A stretch of 64,000 nt of DNA, from positions 4,974-68,973 of the forward strand of contig JBCCIM010000003.1 of NCBI GenBank assembly GCA_039111535.1, written 5' to 3'. The stretch is from Bacteroidota bacterium (lineage in GTDB: Bacteria; Bacteroidota; Rhodothermia; Rhodothermales; JAHQVL01). Each line of letters opens with the position of its first letter. Positions within the stretch are counted from its first letter, which is position 1. The notes beneath the pieces are model-generated. The model did not search any database. It had not been told where the DNA came from and was given only the letters and a program-made list of their open reading frames with translations. This document shows positions 34,376 to 42,373 of this stretch, piece after piece. A program made the translations under genes and the position numbers.

Positions 34376-37300
34376 CTAAAGGTCAAATCCAAATAATACA
34401 CCAAAATGCCACTGCAATGACTGGCCATAGCGCACAGTATTTTCGCCAGTAGGTGTCAAAAACCCTTCATCCAGTTGGAAATCAAAGGCATCAAGGCCAT
34501 ACGTAGCACTCACGAATAGCGCCGTAGGCAGCAAGTAGAACGAACCCATGCCCAGGCGTAGTTCTGCGCCAACATCCTGACGCAGCGCGCCCATGTCACC
34601 CAGTCCGCCGTTCCAGGCAGCAGAGAAATCTGTGTATACCCTGCCATAGAGTTTGTCAAAATAGGCAAACATAAACTGCTTGTTGATCCGTGGAATCAGT
34701 GGCAGGGTATAGCTTGCCTGTAACCAAAGGGTCTCGTTGCCTCCTAGCGCATAAAACGGGTACCCGCGGGCGCCAACCAGGCCGCCAACGTAATCGTTGA
34801 AAAAGTCATCAACGGTCTTGCCTAAAATTGTAGATCCACGGGCACGCAAACCCAGGCCGTGCGGTGCGTTCATTATCTGGCCGGGCAATACCATGCTAAA
34901 CTTGGTATCAAGCGACAGCCGGTGCACCCGGTGCCGTTCGTAGATCGGCTCCAGTATCCCGTCTTCCAGATCAAACCTGTCGAGAAGCCGGCCTATTTCT
35001 CGCTCAAACCGCGCCTCCACCCGTAATCCATTGGGAATCACATTGCTGTGCCTATGGGGCGCAAACCATTCGAGGTAGCCCGCAAATTGGAAGGTGCTGC
35101 CGATGTAATACTTTGAAGTGAAGTCATCGACAAACCCGTCAAATTCCTTGGAGAAGAAGCGCTCCGTGGTCACGCTGTACGGACTGTACCGATAGCCGGC
35201 CTCCAGCATTGCAAAACGCGTAATTTTACTCCGCGCAGTTACACTCGCTTCCCACAGGTTGTACGACAAGTTAGCAAGGGTCGTATCCGGCAAACAGGCT
35301 GTACAGGGGAATTCTTCAATCGAGAGCCCTTTGTCTACATTCCGGCGAATATTGAACACCTCAAGCGAAATCTGCGGCGACCAGCGTTTCGGCAATAATC
35401 CCAGTCCCTTGCTGTAATCGAACTGAAAGAATACATCACGCTCAAGCTTTAGCAGACGAGAAGGCGAGAAGAAATCACCCACAGATGAGGCATCACGGGA
35501 AGTCAACCCTACCATCACGCCACCAAAAATACTCAACCCTTCGAGGATCTCCCGTGAAGACGCCAGGACGCCAACTTTGGTGTTGCGCAGCAACGTCTCG
35601 AGCCGGCCACGGTCTGCAAGGCGGACGTCGAGGCTCTGCTGCCGGCGCGACACATACTGGTCAAGCCGTAACACCGGGTAAATACTCCACGAGGTGAACT
35701 GGTTTTTGTACGGCGTTATCTCAAACGATTCTGAAGCGGGTGCCTCACCCTGTATCTCAGTAACCGACGGCCCTTTCAGATCGGTATCATTAAATGCATT
35801 CAGTTGTAACGCTTCTGGTGCCGCTGTGAAGGCCGTAGCATCTTTGAGGATAGCAGCAGGCGGTGTGTACGCCATGGTCGCAGCGGAAGGTGTTGCTGCC
35901 GGCAGTTCGTCGAAGTAGCCAATTTTGTAGCCGTCGTAGTCGTAGTGTGCGTATACCAGCCGGTTATTGCGCACGTCTGGCATAAATGCGCCGCCGAGCA
36001 CGTTTGTTACCTGCTCCGGCGCTGCATCAGCGTCCAGATCAAGCTTGTAGATATTGAAGATTCCTGTTTTGTCAGACGAGAAATACAGGGTACCGGCTTC
36101 GTCAAATGCCGGGCTCCGCTCATCATGCTTTGTTCTCAGTACACCTTCAGCTACACCTCTTCCATCTGCCGCAATACGATAGATGTCGCGGCCAACCGAG
36201 TGCTGCAAGCCATAATACAAGACGTCCCCGCCTGGGTGCCAGACCGGATCGGTTACTTGCGTGCCATCATTGTAAGTGGTGAGCTGCCGGATGCTATCAG
36301 AACTGGCATCAAGGACAAACAAATTTGTTGAGCCGTCAAGCTGACCAACAAAGGCAATTTTATCGCCGGCCGGGTTATAGACGGGCGCGGTTGCGCGTTG
36401 CCGCGTGGTCAGGCGTTTTGACTTTTTGGTCTCCAGGTCAATTTCATACAGATCAGCATACAAATAGCCTTCTGCTGTGTCTTTCCGCCTTACATAGGTC
36501 ATTTTCTGCCCACCCGGATGCCATGTATACGCACGTCCCACGCCCGATTTCACCTTGTGCCCAAAGGCGCAGGTATGGGTTAGCAGCGGTGCAGCTTCAA
36601 CATCCTTCAGATCCAGTGAAGTCAGCTTTCCTGATTCAAGGTCCTTGATGTATAAACTGAGCAGGTTGAAGTCTTTGCCTTTATTGGAGACGTAGGCTAC
36701 CCGATCTCCCGTTGGCGAAAAATGCGGATAAAAATTGCTAAAGCCGGCTGGTTCAAGCATATCGCCTTCAACCAGGTTCTGGCGCAAATCGTGGGTACTT
36801 TCTGTATAGGCATGCCGCATTTCCTGCACCCAATCCTGATACACCTGTCCGCCCGGGACACCCGTAGCATCCTTGATGGCGCGCTCCACATTCCAGTTTT
36901 CCCATTTACCCAGCGCAGCACTGACTTCCATGAGTGTTTCTTCGCCAAAGCGTTTGGCGAGGTAGTGGGTAAAGGCAAATCCCTGGTTATACACCGTCTC
37001 GCGCAGCAGGCTGTTGTGTGAGTAAAATCCGCCCATATCTTCGAGCGAAAGCTGCTCGCCTTCAAGCATGCGCGTGCGCAAGAGCATGTCGCGGTGGCTA
37101 TCCCAGCTGTCATAATTCAGCCACTCGCGCTGGTATTGCGCGGTACCTTCGGCCAGCCATGCGGGGTTGTTCAGGGTTGTAATGGGATAGGTTACAATGA
37201 CGTTGGGATACCCATACAGCACGTCGGGCCGGCGCACGTTTTCATAATCCAGCAACTGGAAATAGATAAAAGGTAACCGGCGATTGGCCTTCATCGACTT

Positions 37301-37753
37301 TTGCACCTGAACGATGTGCGTAAACTCGTGCGTGATTACATTGCGCAACCAGTTGTGATCACCACGCAACGGTGCATCGAGGCTGGGAGACCAGATTTCT
37401 ATTTTATTGTCGAAGAAGTAGGCCGCACCGTTGGAATAGTCTTCGTAATCCTTCAGAATGATCGCAACTTTGGTGTCCGGCTCAAGATCATAAAGTGAAG
37501 TTATAGGTCCGTACACATCCTCCGCAATGCGCGCTACAACCTGTGCCGTACGGCCACTGCCCTGCCCCTGCTCATCAGCATGGAAAATGATATTGAAGTG
37601 CTCGGTCTCGATGTTGTACCACTTCAATTCCGGCCGCGCGTAGTCATAGAAAGACAACGGAATCTGTGCTGACGCCTGTCTGGCCGGCAGGTAGCCCGAG
37701 AACGAGAGCCCGAGCACGATGAAGCAAAGCGATATGTAGAGTTTATTTTTCAG
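34376..37753 (-). CDS. Outer-membrane fusion protein: HExxH (MA-clan-like) domain + TolB/PD40-like propeller repeats + Omp85-type beta-barrel; probable CTG start
   Basis: NWLRNVITHEFTHIVQ is at nt 37316-37330. PD40-like repeats are present (PHFSPTGDRVAYVS, PVYNPAGDKIAFV, PVWHPGGDVLYY, RSPAFDEAGTLYFSS). The C-terminal barrel motifs are GGLVGARGYPF and DVGAELRLG, ending HFGVLFGFDL. The ORF-track GTG at 37717 truncates an otherwise canonical signal peptide, (M)KNKLYISLCFIVLGLSFSGYLPARQASA, which is only reachable from the CTG at 37753. Confidence 0.7.
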   Translation of the reverse strand: MKNKLYISLCFIVLGLSFSGYLPARQASAQIPLSFYDYARPELKWYNIETEHFNIIFHADEQGQGSGRTAQVVARIAEDVYGPITSLYDLEPDTKVAIILKDYEDYSNGAAYFFDNKIEIWSPSLDAPLRGDHNWLRNVITHEFTHIVQVQKSMKANRRLPFIYFQLLDYENVRRPDVLYGYPNVIVTYPITTLNNPAWLAEGTAQYQREWLNYDSWDSHRDMLLRTRMLEGEQLSLEDMGGFYSHNSLLRETVYNQGFAFTHYLAKRFGEETLMEVSAALGKWENWNVERAIKDATGVPGGQVYQDWVQEMRHAYTESTHDLRQNLVEGDMLEPAGFSNFYPHFSPTGDRVAYVSNKGKDFNLLSLYIKDLESGKLTSLDLKDVEAAPLLTHTCAFGHKVKSGVGRAYTWHPGGQKMTYVRRKDTAEGYLYADLYEIDLETKKSKRLTTRQRATAPVYNPAGDKIAFVGQLDGSTNLFVLDASSDSIRQLTTYNDGTQVTDPVWHPGGDVLYYGLQHSVGRDIYRIAADGRGVAEGVLRTKHDERSPAFDEAGTLYFSSDKTGIFNIYKLDLDADAAPEQVTNVLGGAFMPDVRNNRLVYAHYDYDGYKIGYFDELPAATPSAATMAYTPPAAILKDATAFTAAPEALQLNAFNDTDLKGPSVTEIQGEAPASESFEITPYKNQFTSWSIYPVLRLDQYVSRRQQSLDVRLADRGRLETLLRNTKVGVLASSREILEGLSIFGGVMVGLTSRDASSVGDFFSPSRLLKLERDVFFQFDYSKGLGLLPKRWSPQISLEVFNIRRNVDKGLSIEEFPCTACLPDTTLANLSYNLWEASVTARSKITRFAMLEAGYRYSPYSVTTERFFSKEFDGFVDDFTSKYYIGSTFQFAGYLEWFAPHRHSNVIPNGLRVEARFEREIGRLLDRFDLEDGILEPIYERHRVHRLSLDTKFSMVLPGQIMNAPHGLGLRARGSTILGKTVDDFFNDYVGGLVGARGYPFYALGGNETLWLQASYTLPLIPRINKQFMFAYFDKLYGRVYTDFSAAWNGGLGDMGALRQDVGAELRLGMGSFYLLPTALFVSATYGLDAFDFQLDEGFLTPTGENTVRYGQSLQWHFGVLFGFDL

Positions 37754-37762
37754 CGTCTTCCC

Positions 37763-40700
37763 TTAACGTATAATCGCAAGTTTGATCAACCGGGTTTCTT
37801 GAGCCCCATCAGCAGCCAGGGCTTCGAGGCGAGCATAGTACAGGCCGCTGCCGGCATCCGTCTGCCAGCGGATATCTGTGGCTGTCCCACCGACAACTTC
37901 TTCCACCACCAGTTTGTCGATGAGGCCGCCAGCAGAATCGATGATGGTAATGGTTACCTGTACATCCTGTGATGGAGAAAGCCGGAAATGTGTTTCACCG
38001 TTTCGAATTGGGTTAGGCCAATTGTAGTTTTCATTTTCTACAAAGATTCCGCTCGGTCTAGGCCCTGATGTAGACTCAAAAACTTCTTCTGCGTCTACAA
38101 AATTGGTTCTATAAAGATTGTGCGCCTGCTCTCCCCACCAAATATCTATCAGGTTTTCCAGCACCCAGGCTTTGACACTGCCTTCCCGGTCTATAGCATA
38201 GAGCGTGTTGCCACGAATAAGCGGTGTAGCAATAATATCAGCGCCTACCGCTAGTGGAAATCCTGGGATTTGTTGCGTTGCATCTTCTTCGTCCAGGCTA
38301 TAGCCGTAGATATATCCATCACGCGCAGCTACTAGAATTTCCCAATTTGAAGAGCCGCCTGTTAAGTTGGCTACAATAGGTTGGGTTGACGCCTCAGCCG
38401 GTATGACAATCGGGAATCCCTCAAATAGTCCACCACCGGCATGGAAAGCGAGCAGGTTTGGCCCAGAGGTAAGCAGTACCTCAAGTAGTCCGTCGCGATT
38501 GACATCTAGCAAAATGGGCAGTGCACTTGCTTGATAGGTAGCTCCGGACGGCGCAAACTGCTGCAAGTCTATTACACTTGTATTACCATCTGCGCGTAAG
38601 AATACCACCTTCTCCCCGACAACATCGGTAAACGCACCAACTAGTCCGGATTCGTCTTCCCCCATGACCAGTTGCCCTACATTACCGGCATTTGCCGGAT
38701 CATAGCGCCAGGAAACACCACAGGCATCACAGGTAACGCCTCCTTCATGCAATCGGACAACATCGCCGCGCTTGTTCAACGCAATCGCAATATCATCTGT
38801 ACTGGGTAGTAGCGTAGATGCAAACGATGCGTCTGGATCAAGGTCAATCGAAACAAGTGACGAAGCGCCATTAGGATTGCCAAGCAACGCATATAGCCGG
38901 TTCTCGCGGTTATCATAGATCAACTGATTCCGCGTTGAGCGCACCCGTAAGTCGGGTAACACAATCTCGCGCTCTGCTCCGTTTTCGAGAAGCACCAAAC
39001 GGGCCGTCTGGGCATCACCAGAGGCACCAAGTACAGCCAGACGATTCCCCGGCAACAAAACCGGGCTGTCTACGACGGCGCGCTGGATAAGCAAGGGATC
39101 AGCAACACCTTGGGATAGCACCGCAACTTCATTCACCCTGCTCTGCACAACAATGCCATCTGACACATCTGCAAATGCCGTGAGATAAGCATCTGATGAC
39201 ATCGTAGGATCCTCAATGACAGGAAAACCGTCCAGCGGGGTCACATTCGGGTTAGCCGGCCGGCCATACGTAAACGACATCGACGGCCCAGGCGGGGTAA
39301 AGCCATTCAACTCGACGAAGCTTGCCCCACCCGCGTTTGTATTGCTATTCGGATAGGTATCCTCACCAAACCGGTTGGTATACAAGCGAATTTCTTCGCC
39401 GGCACCGTTGATCACAACAACCGGATTATCCTGGTAAAAGAAATCAAATGGGGTACCAAGAAAGGCCTGGGGCCCAAAAATGTTGTCAGAAGGAAAGCCA
39501 ATGTCTTGCGCGCCATCTGCTTCTTCAAGGTCAATTGCGCGTAAGTTCACGTCGTTGTTGACCTGGTTTAAAGGCAGGCGCTCCGCAAGCAGCCGCTCAT
39601 CGATATGCCAGATCAGAATGCCGCCTTCGAGCCGGTTGCCATCAACATCCAGCCCGCCCGGCATGGCCCAGTCGTAGTCATCTACATCAACAACTACCCC
39701 GCCAACAAATGCGTCAATTGATGTAGAATTAAAGTCTTCTTGCCCCATTTCTACCGTCTGGGTGACCAGCGCGCCATCCTGGTAGATGGTCATGGTCAGT
39801 TCGTCGTTGGCAACATCGCGGTTGCGGTTTTCGACGAGGAAATATTCTGATGCCGAGATAGGCACACGCGCCATTTCGTTGGGCGTATTGAGGCCGGCTG
39901 CATTTAGCGTAATGGTCTGGGCATCAGCGCCTTCTACAACAACAGGATCAGCCCAGCCAAGGTACAACTTGGTCCAGGCACTGGGTTCAGGAGGAAACAG
40001 GCCGTTGAAGGCAAAAAGTCCTAGCGGATCCATGAGGCCAAACGGCCCGATAGCGCTCTCCCCTGTTGTGGTGTCAAACAGGTCCGGGACTTCCAGGAAG
40101 TTGAAAAAGCTGGAGGCCAGCAATCCGTTGATTGAAAACTCAACCAGAAATGGAATGTCCTGGATAAAATCAAAGCCTAACCGCGACTCTGTACGCGGCA
40201 TCAGGATGGTGTGGTTGACCGGAAAGTTGTTGAACGAGATTGCATTCCCCGGCAATAGTCGCTGCAGCGAAGGCTCGTTGAAGTAAATGGTTGGGAGGTC
40301 CTGCGGGGTTTTGTCGAGGCTGGTGCCTACCAGTTCAATGTCGCGGCCCACGCCGGCGTGAAACAGTACAAAGGCTGTAGTCGCCGGGTTAAACTGCGAC
40401 ATATCAAATGAAGACTGCGCATCCGCAAGGCCCCATGCTTCGTCTACTAGCGAAGCCAGTTTGCTTAGCTCAGCATCTGAACTCGCTTCCAGGCCGGTTG
40501 GGCTATACGCAGCCATTTCCTGCGAAACCACTACCACTTCGGGAATGAGGTGTGTATTGACAGTGGTTTGCCCGTCGGACACGCGGGCCACGTAATTGGA
40601 CAAAAAATCGAGATGGGCTTCGAAGTAGCCGGCGTCGTGCGGGAGCGGGTCAACAATGCTCCGCAGCGTATCAAAAAGGGCGCCTGAGAATTGCCCTGTA

Positions 40701-41002
40701 CCGGTTGTAAAGCGAGAGGTGTCTGCCTGAAATGCTACGCGGAGGGCAACGACGTCGTATTGTGGTGCAGCGGGGCTTTGCAAGAGACCACCGGCAACGG
40801 CATCAAGGGGCAAAGCCGGCAAATCACGGTTCACCGCTGCGCGTGCATTCAAGTAAGAGGAAGACAGGTTCAGTTGCCGATTCCCTGGTGCTTCATTTGC
40901 TTTCTGCTGTGCAAAAAGCGAAGCAGGCACCCATAAAATGAGTGCCAGCAAAAGTAAGAGAGATCGTTCCAGAACACCGTCAATACGCTTCGCTTTAACC
41001 AC
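37763..41002 (-). CDS. T9SS cargo-type protein: M6-like metalloprotease domain with a degenerate active site + beta-propeller/FG-GAP-like region + C-terminal sorting domain
   Basis: GTG start with a signal peptide. FVLFHAGVGRD, INGLLASSFFNFLEVPDLFD, GLMDP and PPEPSAWTKLYLGW align to M6/InhA-type blocks, but HExxH is replaced by SSFFN. The C-terminus reads NYNWPNPIRNGETHFRL...GLYYARLEA...KLAIIR. Confidence 0.7.
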   Translation of the reverse strand: MVKAKRIDGVLERSLLLLLALILWVPASLFAQQKANEAPGNRQLNLSSSYLNARAAVNRDLPALPLDAVAGGLLQSPAAPQYDVVALRVAFQADTSRFTTGTGQFSGALFDTLRSIVDPLPHDAGYFEAHLDFLSNYVARVSDGQTTVNTHLIPEVVVVSQEMAAYSPTGLEASSDAELSKLASLVDEAWGLADAQSSFDMSQFNPATTAFVLFHAGVGRDIELVGTSLDKTPQDLPTIYFNEPSLQRLLPGNAISFNNFPVNHTILMPRTESRLGFDFIQDIPFLVEFSINGLLASSFFNFLEVPDLFDTTTGESAIGPFGLMDPLGLFAFNGLFPPEPSAWTKLYLGWADPVVVEGADAQTITLNAAGLNTPNEMARVPISASEYFLVENRNRDVANDELTMTIYQDGALVTQTVEMGQEDFNSTSIDAFVGGVVVDVDDYDWAMPGGLDVDGNRLEGGILIWHIDERLLAERLPLNQVNNDVNLRAIDLEEADGAQDIGFPSDNIFGPQAFLGTPFDFFYQDNPVVVINGAGEEIRLYTNRFGEDTYPNSNTNAGGASFVELNGFTPPGPSMSFTYGRPANPNVTPLDGFPVIEDPTMSSDAYLTAFADVSDGIVVQSRVNEVAVLSQGVADPLLIQRAVVDSPVLLPGNRLAVLGASGDAQTARLVLLENGAEREIVLPDLRVRSTRNQLIYDNRENRLYALLGNPNGASSLVSIDLDPDASFASTLLPSTDDIAIALNKRGDVVRLHEGGVTCDACGVSWRYDPANAGNVGQLVMGEDESGLVGAFTDVVGEKVVFLRADGNTSVIDLQQFAPSGATYQASALPILLDVNRDGLLEVLLTSGPNLLAFHAGGGLFEGFPIVIPAEASTQPIVANLTGGSSNWEILVAARDGYIYGYSLDEEDATQQIPGFPLAVGADIIATPLIRGNTLYAIDREGSVKAWVLENLIDIWWGEQAHNLYRTNFVDAEEVFESTSGPRPSGIFVENENYNWPNPIRNGETHFRLSPSQDVQVTITIIDSAGGLIDKLVVEEVVGGTATDIRWQTDAGSGLYYARLEALAADGAQETRLIKLAIIR

Positions 41003-41057
41003 AGCCTCTGTATTCTTTAAATGACCTATATGACCTGGAACGATCTCTAACCCTTAC

Positions 41058-42230
41058 TTACCGATTCAGATTCAACAGCAGAGAGAAACGCATGGTGTTG
41101 GCCAGCGGCGAATCTTCTTCAACAGCGTAGATATACGAGAAGTCTACCCCGATGATGTTGTAACGGATACCAGCACCCAGCGTGAGGAATTTCCGGTTAC
41201 CGTTGTATGGGTTCTCGTAGAAGTAACCCGTACGCAGCGCAAACAGGTTGTTGTACCAGTACTCAAGGCCGGCGCCGATGGTCAGCTGGTCGATCACGCC
41301 AAGCGTTTCGAGTTCAGCGTCTTCATCCTGAAACGCGTTTGTACGCACTTCAATAGGTGACCAGGAAGAGAAAATGGCTTTGTAGAACGGATCCGCAACG
41401 TTGTTTTCATCAACTTTGATGAGGTCTTTGTTGAAGTCGTTTACAAGCGTCAACTTGTTAAATTCGTCGAACTCAACCGTGAACGCATAACCAAAGCGGA
41501 GGTTGGTTGGAATCGGGTCAGCCTGCTCACTATCTGAGTACTGTACTTTAGGTCCCATGTTGGCAAGGTTGAAGCCGGCAGAGAACTGACCCTGCGAGCT
41601 ACCCAGCGGGAATGGACGTGTACGGTAGAGGGCTGCGAGGTCAAACGCCCCAACAACACCTGCTTTTGTTTCCTGCCCTTCTACCTGGGTGCCAGGTGCG
41701 AGGTTGGAATAGATGAAGCGAACGCTTGTACCAATTGAGAACGTTTCTGACAGCTTCACACCGTAAGACAGACCAACCGCGAGGTCATAAGACCGGAACG
41801 TACCTGTTGGGTTGTTCTGGCCGTCACGTCCTTCGTGTTCGCCGAGGAACAGGTAGGTAACATGTGCACCAAACGTTCCCCAGCCTGGGAAATGTTTTTT
41901 GGCCATGAAGTATTCGTAGAACAAGCCGGCGTTAAATTCAGGCAGCCAGTTGGAGTGCGTAAGGCCCAGTTCGGTACCTTCCTGGAATGCAAGACCTGCA
42001 GGATTCCAGAAGTTGGCGCTAGCATTGTCGGCCAGGGCTACACCCGCATTACCCATACCGGCAGAGCGGCTATCGGGCTCAATCTTCAGGAAAACAACAG
42101 CTGCGCCACCCACCTGAGCCTGCGCAGGAGAAGCAAATCCTAAAACCCCGAGGACCGCGACCAGGCATGCAGTAACTGCATTGCGGCGCTTGACATAGGA
42201 GGCCAGACGGATAACAAAATCAGAAGTCAT
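41058..42230 (-). CDS. porV: Type IX secretion system outer-membrane shuttle protein PorV (LptO)
   Basis: The internal ATG at 42230 gives a signal peptide ending ASPAQAQ. AAVVFLKIEPDSRSAGMGNAGVALADNASANFWNPAGLAF and the following beta-barrel pattern are characteristic of PorV. Confidence 0.85.
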   Translation of the reverse strand: MTSDFVIRLASYVKRRNAVTACLVAVLGVLGFASPAQAQVGGAAVVFLKIEPDSRSAGMGNAGVALADNASANFWNPAGLAFQEGTELGLTHSNWLPEFNAGLFYEYFMAKKHFPGWGTFGAHVTYLFLGEHEGRDGQNNPTGTFRSYDLAVGLSYGVKLSETFSIGTSVRFIYSNLAPGTQVEGQETKAGVVGAFDLAALYRTRPFPLGSSQGQFSAGFNLANMGPKVQYSDSEQADPIPTNLRFGYAFTVEFDEFNKLTLVNDFNKDLIKVDENNVADPFYKAIFSSWSPIEVRTNAFQDEDAELETLGVIDQLTIGAGLEYWYNNLFALRTGYFYENPYNGNRKFLTLGAGIRYNIIGVDFSYIYAVEEDSPLANTMRFSLLLNLNR

Positions 42231-42373
42231 GATTGTAGAAAGATTATAATGAGTAAGCATTGCTGTGAGCTGCAAGCCATGTTTAAAACTGCATGACGCG
42301 GCGCACAATATCGTTTATTTCAACATCCGAGGATGCGAAGTACTGGTAGAGGTTGTCCCTCAAATTGAGGCCA

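Noticed and set aside
37763-37765. Stop-codon readthrough fusing the 1079-aa CTD protein to the downstream 1125-aa protein (same frame, four codons apart)
   Set aside because: The upstream protein ends in a T9SS sorting domain that must be C-terminal, and the downstream sequence begins with a typical Sec signal peptide. Two separate proteins is the parsimonious reading.
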